Below, piece after piece: positions 50,362 through 60,140 of a DNA stretch of 64,000 nucleotides. The position numbers were made by a program, and so were the translations under genes. The notes under the pieces are model-generated. The model was given only the letters and a program-made list of their open reading frames with translations, ran no database searches and was not told the DNA's origin. Source of the stretch: a virus (lineage: Duplodnaviria; Caudoviricetes); IMG/VR virus record IMGVR_UViG_3300028048_000065, positions 1-64,000 of that record, one strand, 5' to 3'. Position 1 is the first letter of the stretch. The number at the start of each line of letters is the position of its first letter.

Positions 50362-51171
50362 TTATCCATTTTCTGTCCCCAAATCATGTAAAAGACTTTG
50401 TTTAATAAAATCAAATTCTACTTGATGCAAAATATCTTCTACTTCTTTATCTACCTTTTTAGTCTGTTCCCACTCTACTAAAGTATCATCCACTAACTTT
50501 TTTGTCGTATTAAGAGTTTCTTCTGCAATCTTGGAAACTTCTTCGAGAGGGAAACCTATGCGCTTATATTCGATAAGCTTTTCTCGGTCTTCTGCAATTA
50601 AAATAGATTCATATTTCTCGCCTGAAATATATCTCCTAATAAATTGTGCCAGTCTCATTAAATGATGATAATCTTTTAAAGCGTACCCATACTGTTCAAT
50701 TTCGGCTGCGCTATGTGGCATGGACTTATACATATTTTTATACTTTGTTAGCATATTACCATACATTGCTTTGATAGCTCTGCATTCGTCATAATGAGCA
50801 ATTTTTTCTCGATTCTTAACAATTGCTCCAAGCCATTCTCCCGTATAATCAGGATTTAAATAATAATATTTTGTAAAAAGAGTCTCAAGAAAATTGACGT
50901 TCTGTTTTTTATAACAATCAAACATATTACGAATGTCTTTAACTTCCGTATGTGAATCGTCAGCGTTAATAATTGTATCTGTTACCCATTGTTTAGAACG
51001 AACAATATCTACAAAATGAGGAAGCACAATTGCCTTCGTATCGAGGTCACTACTGGAATCATCTAATCCATAATTGTTTGAGCCCGACACAAACACCCCA
51101 ACAACTTCAAAACCCTTTTCAGTTAATGTGTTAAAATCTGTTTCAAGTCTTTCTTCAATTCGTGTATTAAT
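50362..51171 (-). CDS. pol-beta superfamily nucleotidyltransferase, probable ATT start
   Basis: SGSNNYGLD..SSDLD; frame open to ATT 51171, 9 nt after GGAGG. Confidence 0.75.
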   Translation of the reverse strand: MNTRIEERLETDFNTLTEKGFEVVGVFVSGSNNYGLDDSSSDLDTKAIVLPHFVDIVRSKQWVTDTIINADDSHTEVKDIRNMFDCYKKQNVNFLETLFTKYYYLNPDYTGEWLGAIVKNREKIAHYDECRAIKAMYGNMLTKYKNMYKSMPHSAAEIEQYGYALKDYHHLMRLAQFIRRYISGEKYESILIAEDREKLIEYKRIGFPLEEVSKIAEETLNTTKKLVDDTLVEWEQTKKVDKEVEDILHQVEFDFIKQSLLHDLGTENG

Positions 51172-51303
51172 AAATCAGGACCTCCGTTTTTATATTCTTA
51201 CTGAGATTATACCATGTCTTATCTCTTTTGTCAAGAAAAATTTATAAAACAAAAAAGAATAAAAAAGGAGGAACACAATATATTATTGCGTTCCTCCTTA
51301 AAA

Positions 51304-51510
51304 TCAAACTTCAACTTTTTTGTATTTTCCGCAGTTACATTCCCCTGCAAAATTTTGTTCTCGGAAAGATTTGCAAATACAAACCATATCATCAGTTTGT
51401 GTTAAGCCACATGGACAATATTGCTTTCCATATTTAGCTCTCATTTCAGCTAATTGTCTATTAGTTTCCTCTACTAAATCAGCATCATCATTTAAAACAA
51501 TTTTTAACAT
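51304..51510 (-). CDS. ferredoxin-thioredoxin reductase catalytic-chain-like protein
   Basis: YCPC, CICK, CNCG. Confidence 0.7.
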   Translation of the reverse strand: MLKIVLNDDADLVEETNRQLAEMRAKYGKQYCPCGLTQTDDMVCICKSFREQNFAGECNCGKYKKVEV

Positions 51511-52007
51511 TAGGAAATCCTTTCTGCGTATTGGTTATCTGAAGCTAAAGTAATTTGAAGAACCTCATCAAAACGAGATGGAGTATTAGGTTTATATCGT
51601 CCATACTTTAAGATTACATTAGGATATTGTTTTAATTGCTCAATTTCTTTTTCTATTTCTTCTTTATAATATCCAGTATAAATTACAAAGTCATCATAAC
51701 AGTTATTTTCTCTGAAATATTTTAAAAGAGATAAAATCTCATTAAATTGCATGAAGGGTTCAAGTCCTCCTATGACAATTGCCTTTGTAATTTCATTCTC
51801 AATATAAGCCTTGTAAACAGAAGAAATTAAAAATTCTTTCGTGGGTTGTCTTACAATAGGTTCATTCTGACATACAGAAATGGGAATATTTGCCTCATGA
51901 CAACATTTCCAATCGCATTGACAAGTGATTAGGAAGATAGAGGGCTTCGCATAATTTACAAAGTCCTCCATAATTACACCTTTAAGATGAATAATATTTT
52001 CATTCAT
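51510..52007 (-). CDS. nrdG: anaerobic ribonucleotide reductase activase
   Basis: CQCDWKCC, GGLEP, YTGY, SDNQ; next to nrdD. Confidence 0.8.
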   Translation of the reverse strand: MNENIIHLKGVIMEDFVNYAKPSIFLITCQCDWKCCHEANIPISVCQNEPIVRQPTKEFLISSVYKAYIENEITKAIVIGGLEPFMQFNEILSLLKYFRENNCYDDFVIYTGYYKEEIEKEIEQLKQYPNVILKYGRYKPNTPSRFDEVLQITLASDNQYAERIS

Positions 52008-52768
52008 GGATAAATCACCTCAAAATTTAAATTGTTTTTCTTAGCGCATTCTCTTTTTCTCACATCTAAATCTGTCCAAACATAAATAGCAGTCTAATAA
52101 AATTTAGAGGTTTTAGCCTTTTCTTTCCACTTATTTAATTTTTCTTGGCAATCTTTTTCTTCTGGATTAAAAGGTTTTTTACCATGCGTCCAATGTCCTT
52201 GAAACTCTATAAATTTATCTTCTGAAACAATATAAAAATCACAAGCATACGGGTATCTTTCGTCTAAATCATAATTGCGTTTTACATCGTCTCTCCGATA
52301 TTTTTCACATAACTGGTTATACATTTCATCTTCTGGCTTTGAACTGTTAAAAGTCTAATTTTTTCTTCTTGTTTCCCAAGCTTTTGCAATCGACTATTCC
52401 CAATATTCAGGAGGGGCTTCAGCCCTATGTTTCTTTGCTGACTCAGACATTTTATGAGAATACTCTTCTTTTTCCTCTTCTGTCCACTACTCTCTTGTAT
52501 AAAGCCTTTTTTGTGTTTTTGCTTCTTTTTCTTCTTCTGTTAATTCAGAATGATATTTTTTTAAAGTTCTTGAAATTTTAATTCCTGTTGTTTTATGATA
52601 CGATTCACGAGATACATTTGCCCAACGTTTTTTGTTTCCTTCTGAATTCTTTTTGTTTTGTTCATCTTGATTATACCACCGACGATGCCACCCCTGTTCT
52701 AACCACAGGGGCAGTTCGTCTTCTTGGACAAATTTATTAATTACACCATTGTTAATTTTACGTTTCAT
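52004..52768 (-). CDS. putative free-standing PD-(D/E)xK (Vsr-like) homing endonuclease (4 TAG)
   Basis: SSKPED, CDFYI, FIEFQGHWTH; ATGA overlaps at both ends only when TAG is read through. Confidence 0.75.
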
Positions 52769-54684
52769 TGGTTTAAATTCATCCAATCGCGCATTTCCCA
52801 TTCTTTTTTGCGCTCTTTAGTATAAGATTTAACAGGAGTAAAAAATCCTACAATACGACTATATTCAGTTTCTTTAGGACAGCCACATTCGGGACATACC
52901 TCTCCATAGAAAGCATGATTGTGCTTGCAAGCAGAAATTTTTCCAGTAAAAGCAAAATATTTAACTCCTTGTTTAGCCACATACTTAAGCATATTCCATG
53001 CCTTATCAAAACTATCAAAAGGAGCATCTACATTAATGTGCAAAATATCTCCACCAGAACAATATTCACTAAAAGCAGAAGCAATTTTTACACGCTCTTG
53101 AATAGAGGTTTTAATACCCAAACCTATCCATTGATTCGCAAGCAAAGGCAAATCTTTGTTTACTTTGTCAGGATAGAGCATTGCATCTGCCTGAGAAAAT
53201 TTAACTGCCGCAGATTCCCGTGGAATTGCTTCAAGATTAATTTTATAATCTTTATCCTTTTCAAATTCGGATTTAATGGAATGGATGGTCTCAAAAATTT
53301 TCTTGCCAAAATCATAAGCCTCTTGCTTATAAATAACATTACCAAATTCATCTGTGTCAGTATATCCAAAAGTGGCCATTGTTTCATAAATTCCCATAAT
53401 GCCAATACTGGAATAACTATGGTCAAAATCTACCAGCCCATGAGAAAAATTGGGAAGCAACCCCTTCTCCACATTGCGTCTAATAATTCCACGCTGACAA
53501 TCAAGCACTTTTAAATCAAGACTAAGGATTTTACGAAGTCCCTTCAGATAATCTTTTTCATTATCATACATATAACTTAAGCGAGCAAGATTAACAGTGG
53601 AAACCTTAATTGACCCAACTTTAAGTGCAGCTCCACCAATACTATTAAAATAGCCAAGTTCTGAAACATCATTCCTCAAACGACAACAAGAACTTAAACT
53701 TGTAACATTAGAATCTACAAACCAATTAGAATCATTCCATTCTCTGTTTTGTTCGCAAGCGAATTTAGCAAATTCTTCATCAACAAATTCTCCGTCAGGA
53801 GTGGTTAATAAACTAATAGTGCTTACAGGATAAGTCATCATATTTGAATGACGAATTTTACTCATCATTTTAAGAAAACGTTTTTGGAATTCAATAATTT
53901 CTTCTTCAGCATCTATCATAAAAGTTCCATCAGGGAATTCACCCCCACCAAAAATGGCTTCAAAATAAGGATGGTCAAAGAAATTTACGTTAGTGAACGC
54001 AGACTGAATCCCACCTCTCAGGTATGGCTGGTTAAGAGAGTAAATTAGCCTTTGAATTTGCTGGTCAGCGTAGGTGTTTGGGTCTTTTAAATAATAACCA
54101 TCTTTACAATCCTTATCCCAAAAATACCACATATAGGGAATAAGATTCGGATAAGCTACGGCTCCAGAAGTTCTATTACAAGCATAACTACAATGCTCTT
54201 TTACCATATCAATAAAACTTTCAAGATGCTTTGGGGGTTCTGCATTAAAATTATCAATAAAGAACAACCCTTTTTCAGCCACATCTTTTAAATCATAAGC
54301 AAAACAATAAGAAGTGAAAGTTGAAGAATGCGCATCATGTAAATAGAGAGATTTATTCCATTCGGCTTCAAGCCAGTCATTAGCTGCGCGATAGCCATAT
54401 TTCTTTTTAACTTCATAGTAAAGCTTATTGTAGGCAAGGAGCTTTTGATGAGGCTTGCTCATTTCGTTAATAAGTGATACAATATCTTTGTGGCCAACAT
54501 TGGCATTGGGGTCAACTGAGGCATTAGCTACATTGTCACTATCAACAAAATTATCAATAAAATCAGTAAAACTTAATTTACCTTCATCTAACCCCTATAG
54601 CTTTAAAAAATCTTCTCCATATTTTTCTACGAGTCTGTTAAACTGCCTCTCAAAATCTTTGTTAAGTTTAATGTTAATATTCAT
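52765..54684 (-). CDS. nrdD: anaerobic ribonucleoside-triphosphate reductase (1 TAG at codon 30)
   Basis: LYLHD, YCF, SSCCRL, CPECG, YSRIVGF glycyl-radical loop. Confidence 0.9.
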
Positions 54685-54706
54685 AAAACTTAAAACTCCT
54701 TCCCCT

Positions 54707-54910
54707 TTAATTATTATTAATCCATTGATTTGCCTTTTCAAAAGTTAAAATTTCTCCGCCAACTTCCAAAAGTGGCACAGAAGAAAATCCCTTTTCAAGA
54801 AAAGCATTAACATCAAAATCAGTTTTTAACTCAAATTCAATATTCTTCTGAGTTAATTTCTTTTCCAAAACTTTACATCTTGGACACCCTGTAGAATAAA
54901 GTGTTACCAT
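54707..54910 (-). CDS. glutaredoxin/NrdH-like redoxin
   Basis: CPRC and VP motifs. Confidence 0.85.
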   Translation of the reverse strand: MVTLYSTGCPRCKVLEKKLTQKNIEFELKTDFDVNAFLEKGFSSVPLLEVGGEILTFEKANQWINNN

Positions 54911-54917
54911 ATATTCT

Positions 54918-55463
54918 TTAAAACTCCTTTACGTCCATTTGTCCTTTTGTAATTCTAACTAATCTATTAAATAACTTCATAGTTGCATAAATATCTGCGT
55001 CAGCAGTATGCGCATTTTCAAGATTAATACCAAAATATTCACAAAGAGTTCCTAACTTATGATTCGGCACTTCGGGCTTTGGAATATACTTCCTTGCTAT
55101 AGGTAAAGTATCTACATAATACCCATGAAGTTCAGGCAGGTTATAACGTTTAAATTCTGCCTTAATACTGCCAATATCGTAGGGTAAGTTATGCCGTATA
55201 AGTATAGCATTCTCAAAATATGGAGCAATCTTAGGCCACTCTTCCTCAAAAGTTGGCCAATCTTTTACCATCTCATCTGTAAATCCATTTACCTTAGATG
55301 CGCCCTCTGAAATGTGATATTTTGGATTGCATTTGATTATATCTCTTTTAACAATTTTATTGTTTTCACATAAGATATAGCCCAAACTTATAATATAAGG
55401 GGGTTTAATCCCTACTGTTTCCGTATCATAAAAAAGTAATTTATTATAATTGGGAGTAGCCAT
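54918..55463 (-). CDS. DEDDh 3'-5' exonuclease (DnaQ-like)
   Basis: YDTET, HN..YD, VDTL, HTADAD. Confidence 0.9.
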   Translation of the reverse strand: MATPNYNKLLFYDTETVGIKPPYIISLGYILCENNKIVKRDIIKCNPKYHISEGASKVNGFTDEMVKDWPTFEEEWPKIAPYFENAILIRHNLPYDIGSIKAEFKRYNLPELHGYYVDTLPIARKYIPKPEVPNHKLGTLCEYFGINLENAHTADADIYATMKLFNRLVRITKGQMDVKEF

Positions 55464-55669
55464 TACTGGTCCTCCCTATTATTCTAATCTTCACTCTCTT
55501 CAAAAACGAAGCTCATCTCACCCTTACAAACAGGACAAATCATGTGAGCATCCTTGAAAAAAACTGCTCCATCTTCCTCATATCGAGGAGTTTCAAAATC
55601 AGGCAAATTCTCAGCGAGGTCAACACCTACACGAGTGCCACACTTGTCACACTTAAAATTAAAAGTCAT
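55463..55669 (-). CDS. small zinc-ribbon protein (TAG read-through to a TAATG overlap)
   Basis: CDKC and CPVC; extension past TAG 55484 ends at TAA overlapping the next ATG. Confidence 0.65.
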
Positions 55670-55717
55670 TTATTTTTACCTCAAAATAAAAACTGAATTT
55701 TATTATCGTCTATACGA

Positions 55718-56206
55718 TTAGAATTTGCCAGAATCTCCAAAGCCCTCTGCTCCACGAGAAGTCTCATCAAGATTGTCAGTCTCTTCAAACTCTGTCAGGA
55801 TTACTGGTGCAAGCATAAACTGTGCAATTCGCTGCCCATGCTCAATAATCTGAGTCTCCGAAGAATCGTTATGGAGAGCTACAATGATTTCGCCACGGTA
55901 GTTTGAATCAATACATCCTACGGCGTTAGCAGGACGCAATCCCTGTTTCGTTGCAATACCACTGCGAGCATAAATAGCACCCCAATAACCATTAGGAATT
56001 GCCATTGCTAAACCTGTTCCAACCTTTACAGTGGTATGAGGAAGAATCTTCAAACCATTACGCCCTTCTGTGCTACCCCAAGGAATAAAAGTATCATTGG
56101 GAATGTCAGCATACAGGTCAAAAGCAGCGTCCTCTGCATGAGCCTTTGTCGGAATCTTTGCTGTCTCGGTCAACTTCTTAATCTTTACATTAACCATTGT
56201 AATCAC
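55718..56206 (-). CDS. dut: dUTPase
   Basis: AAFDL, ARSG, GCIDSNYRGE, RIAQ, RGAEGFGDSG. Confidence 0.95.
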   Translation of the reverse strand: MITMVNVKIKKLTETAKIPTKAHAEDAAFDLYADIPNDTFIPWGSTEGRNGLKILPHTTVKVGTGLAMAIPNGYWGAIYARSGIATKQGLRPANAVGCIDSNYRGEIIVALHNDSSETQIIEHGQRIAQFMLAPVILTEFEETDNLDETSRGAEGFGDSGKF

Positions 56207-57576
56207 TCTTCTTTCTTTAAATTGTTTTGTCTTTCTTTTGCTTGTCTAATAGCCTTTTCATGCTGATTCTTTAGTTTAAGAATCTCTGCGTGACGATAAG
56301 GAAAACCACGACGAATAAGATATTGAGTCTCTTTCTCATTTACCATGTTCCTTACATCACTTGCAATACACTTAGGCACATTTTCACTAATCCATACCAT
56401 CTTAAGCTTATTAATATAATTTTCAGGATAATTTTTAAGCTGGTCTTTAAGCTCTTCCATCATCTGATAATACCAATTCATAGCCGCAGTAGTACGAGTA
56501 TTAATATAATTTACAGTCTCAAGATAAAAACCCTTTACAATATCTTTGAAAGCATCGGGGACTTTAGAATAGAAATCATCATACTTGTCATAAGCCAGCG
56601 CTTCAATTACTGCATTAGGAGACACTTGCTTACTAATCACACGATGCATTAAAACGTAATCGTTTACTTTCACTTTCACGCGAAAATCATTATCGTTCTC
56701 ATCTCGCATACGGATAACCCAGCCCTCTTTTTCATTAGAAGAAAAGTTATCAACCTGAGCAAGAAGCGAATCCAGATTTTCAGAATCGTAATACTCTACC
56801 ATCTTACTATCATAAAGAGTAGCAATACTACGAACAGTATCAAAATCCATCTCAGTTCCATCAACACAAGAACGAGCAGAAATTAGATACATTCCCTCTT
56901 GTTCCTTAGTATAATGAACAACAATAGCATTTTTAGTAGAAATGAACTCAAAAATAAAAGTATAATCAGGATAATCCTTAATCATTTGCTTTTGAGAATC
57001 AGTCAAAAGACCAAATCCCTCTTTTAGTCTCCAAGATTCATTCAGACTAATAGCCTGAGAACCCGACCCAAAAATTGTTCCAGAACCATCAGAATTAGTA
57101 ATATATCGGAATTGCTGATAACTACCGTCCATTTTATTGGTAATCCAAATTTTTTGAGCAGAAGTATACTTTTCTCGAATAGCCTTTTCAGACCAATCAA
57201 AAGCATCTTCCCCCATATTCTTGAATTTATTTAGAGAACAAAGTACAAGTTCTTCTTTCTTTACATCAAAGACACAAGAACGACACTCTCGATAAAGTCC
57301 ATCATATAGATAGAAAAAGGTTTCCTCAGAATATCCCATATCACTAAGGTCAATAAAACCCTTGTAATGGAAAAGCACATATTCATTATCAATGGTCATA
57401 TCAAGAGGCTCAAATACATCAAGCAAATCCAAAAGACTTACAATATAAGCTTTTTCTGATTGTTCAGAAAGGTATTCAAGCCAATGCTTAAAATTCCAAT
57501 CTTGAATAGGATTGTGATTATAAGCATATAGAGCTTTTACTTCTTTAATATATCCAAGCAGAGGATGCTTCCACAT
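56203..57576 (-). CDS. T4 Rnl1-like RNA ligase
   Basis: KFKN, KMDGS, FEF, EGWV, RVKVK...Y. Confidence 0.85.
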   Translation of the reverse strand: MWKHPLLGYIKEVKALYAYNHNPIQDWNFKHWLEYLSEQSEKAYIVSLLDLLDVFEPLDMTIDNEYVLFHYKGFIDLSDMGYSEETFFYLYDGLYRECRSCVFDVKKEELVLCSLNKFKNMGEDAFDWSEKAIREKYTSAQKIWITNKMDGSYQQFRYITNSDGSGTIFGSGSQAISLNESWRLKEGFGLLTDSQKQMIKDYPDYTFIFEFISTKNAIVVHYTKEQEGMYLISARSCVDGTEMDFDTVRSIATLYDSKMVEYYDSENLDSLLAQVDNFSSNEKEGWVIRMRDENDNDFRVKVKVNDYVLMHRVISKQVSPNAVIEALAYDKYDDFYSKVPDAFKDIVKGFYLETVNYINTRTTAAMNWYYQMMEELKDQLKNYPENYINKLKMVWISENVPKCIASDVRNMVNEKETQYLIRRGFPYRHAEILKLKNQHEKAIRQAKERQNNLKKEE

Positions 57577-58532
57577 TACTGTGTACCACTTGCAATCCTA
57601 TCACATTTATTAAATAAGAAAAGATTATCAAGCTTTTCCTTTCCCATAATTTTCTCCCACTTTTTCTGAGCCTTTTCGGTCTCAATAAAGAAGGGCAACA
57701 TATGAAAGTTTACATAGAATAAGCACTCAAGACACTTATCATAATCTTCGAAACCAACCCATGCAAGAAGATGCATTAACTCATAACAACCCTTATTATG
57801 GTGGCTATAATAGCGACATTCACCACTACCATCAGGTTTTTCTTCCTGCGTCAACATCTTCCCATAATCATGGATTTCTGCTGCGCGAATAAGGATTTCA
57901 TTATCGGTTCGTTTTGCGACTTCTTCTGCACACTTTTGACAATGCACATCAAGAGTATACTTATGATGAGAATTGCACTGGTCAAATCCTCTCATAAAAT
58001 CTTGAATAACATCTTTATCAACTATTGTTCTTATTAATTCATCTTTAGCATAACTAAAATATCCGCTATTCCAATCAATTAAATTAATTTCATCAAACCC
58101 TTCTTCATAAAAAGGAATCTCAAATTTTCCAATCTGCTTATCAATAACATACTCAGGGACTTTTCGCTCACGCTTACGATTAAGCATCTTGCATACAGGT
58201 TCAGGAGTAGTCATAACCATAGCAATTTTACGCACATCTGAATTTTTACGAACAAGGTCAAGTAGAGGAATACGAGACTTTACATTAATACTGGTAGCAT
58301 CTACAATGACATTCATTTTCCCAATACAGTTGTTAATTCTACGACGAACTTCCTTAAAGACTTCATCATTATGAGTCTGGTCATTAATATCACCATACAA
58401 ATCAACGCGAATCTGGTCAGAGGAAACAATAATAGTTTTCTGTCCATTTCGTTCGTATACATTTTTAATGTTGTTTGCAAAAGTGGATTTACCACTTGCG
58501 ACAGGTCCAACCATAATTACAAGATTAGTCAT
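57576..58532 (-). CDS. polynucleotide kinase (AAA_33) with HD phosphohydrolase
   Basis: GPVASGKST, SSD.IR, VDAT; H..., IHDYGK, HM. Confidence 0.85.
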   Translation of the reverse strand: MTNLVIMVGPVASGKSTFANNIKNVYERNGQKTIIVSSDQIRVDLYGDINDQTHNDEVFKEVRRRINNCIGKMNVIVDATSINVKSRIPLLDLVRKNSDVRKIAMVMTTPEPVCKMLNRKRERKVPEYVIDKQIGKFEIPFYEEGFDEINLIDWNSGYFSYAKDELIRTIVDKDVIQDFMRGFDQCNSHHKYTLDVHCQKCAEEVAKRTDNEILIRAAEIHDYGKMLTQEEKPDGSGECRYYSHHNKGCYELMHLLAWVGFEDYDKCLECLFYVNFHMLPFFIETEKAQKKWEKIMGKEKLDNLFLFNKCDRIASGTQ

Positions 58533-58878
58533 TGTTAATCCTCCACTCTAAACGCATTAATTCCACCCATAGCTAAAGCCTTAAGAATTTCCTCTCGCTC
58601 TTCTCTTGTAGCAAAACGTTCAGCAATTAATTCCTTTTCATTTTCTGGGTCTACCGATACTTTCCAAACTTCATCAGTATCAAACATCACCATTAAAGGT
58701 TTATTACCATCTACAGGCACAACATAAATTTTATCATCAAAAGATAATGTCGCAACTTTTTCGCAATCAGGATTTAGCCTTTTTACTTCTTCGCTTAAAA
58801 GTTGCAGACAATCATCTGCTAATTTTTGTTCTTCTGAGGGGACAAAAACATATTTATCCCCAACAACAGTTTTTTCCA

Positions 58879-59334
58879 TTACTCAATACCTTTTAAAACT
58901 TCATTGACATGAGCCAAAAATGCTTCATTCTGAAGTTCAGTCTCAGTCTTAGGACGAGTCTGGTTGGGTTCAGGAATGAGGTCAATAGCATAGAACAACC
59001 ACTTCACAGGAGTGGTATCCTCTACAAACTGGCAAAGACCACTCAACCCATCATTCTTCTCAGCTTCCTTTTTGCGAATATCATCAAATTCTACTGTAAA
59101 AACAGTATCTTTATTAGCTTCTACAAAATCTCTATATTCCTGACGAAGAATTTTCCAATCCTTATAATGAGTGATTCGGTTATAGTTCAACTTAACCTTT
59201 TCACCTTCCCAAACATCTCTGCTAAAATGATGTTCGGTAAAATCCATGCGTTCAACAATAGTCTCAGCGGATTCTCTCTTGAGACCTTTCTTTTGAAGAT
59301 TCTTTACAGTTTGTCTACGTTGTTCACGATTCAT
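58879..59334 (-). CDS. hypothetical protein
   Basis: MNREQRR N-terminus common in phage proteins. Confidence 0.55.
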   Translation of the reverse strand: MNREQRRQTVKNLQKKGLKRESAETIVERMDFTEHHFSRDVWEGEKVKLNYNRITHYKDWKILRQEYRDFVEANKDTVFTVEFDDIRKKEAEKNDGLSGLCQFVEDTTPVKWLFYAIDLIPEPNQTRPKTETELQNEAFLAHVNEVLKGIE

Positions 59335-60140
59335 AATAATTATTCCTTAATTTTTAAAAATTTCTGTTATTGTATTCCTATATGTTTTCATTTCGGTAGA
59401 AGAATCAAGTACATCTCCTATTTCATCACTTGGCTCTACAAATTTTCTAATAAGCTCAAGCAGTTCTCCGAAACTATCTGCATAGAGATAAAATGTTTCT
59501 CCATCATAAAATGGATTTACATAATAATGGCGCTTAGTCTCTTCATCATACCAATAACGACAGCCAGACCAAGTAAAAGTAAATGCATCAATACGATAAG
59601 CCGAAGGACATTTAATAATTTCTCCTCCCTCAAGCTCACACCAAAAGTCAAGGTTTTTATCTATATAATAGGAAAATTTCTCAGATTTTCCCATATGAAA
59701 ACTTTCATTGAAACCAACTTCTTTAAAAGTAGCTGGGATATTCGACTTATTCATACTTTCCCTCATAATATTTCTTTTCAATCATCTGCATAATACAGCC
59801 TTTATAACATCCTCGATGGAATGTTCTTATATAGCCTTTATGCCAAATCCATTTCCACCAAGGTAGTTTTCCTTTACAATGAAAATCATGCTCTCCATCT
59901 TCATCAAGCCACATCCAATGAGGGCAAGGAACTTCATTTAGGAAAATAGGAAGATACATTACTTTGACTTTAGGATTTTTAATTTTAGCCTTAACCATTT
60001 CAATGAAACAGTTAGAATAAAAATATTTATTAGAATTAGAAGACATATAAAAGCCACCTTTTATCCTATCTTACTTTTTATCTTAGTGTCTGTATTCTAA
60101 CACAAAAGCTCTTGATTGTCAAGAGCTTTTTGCGTTTTTA

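Noticed and set aside
31068-54684. TAG-interrupted genes as pseudogenes
   Set aside because: Interruptions are exclusively TAG, frames and motifs are otherwise intact, and a CUA tRNA is encoded.
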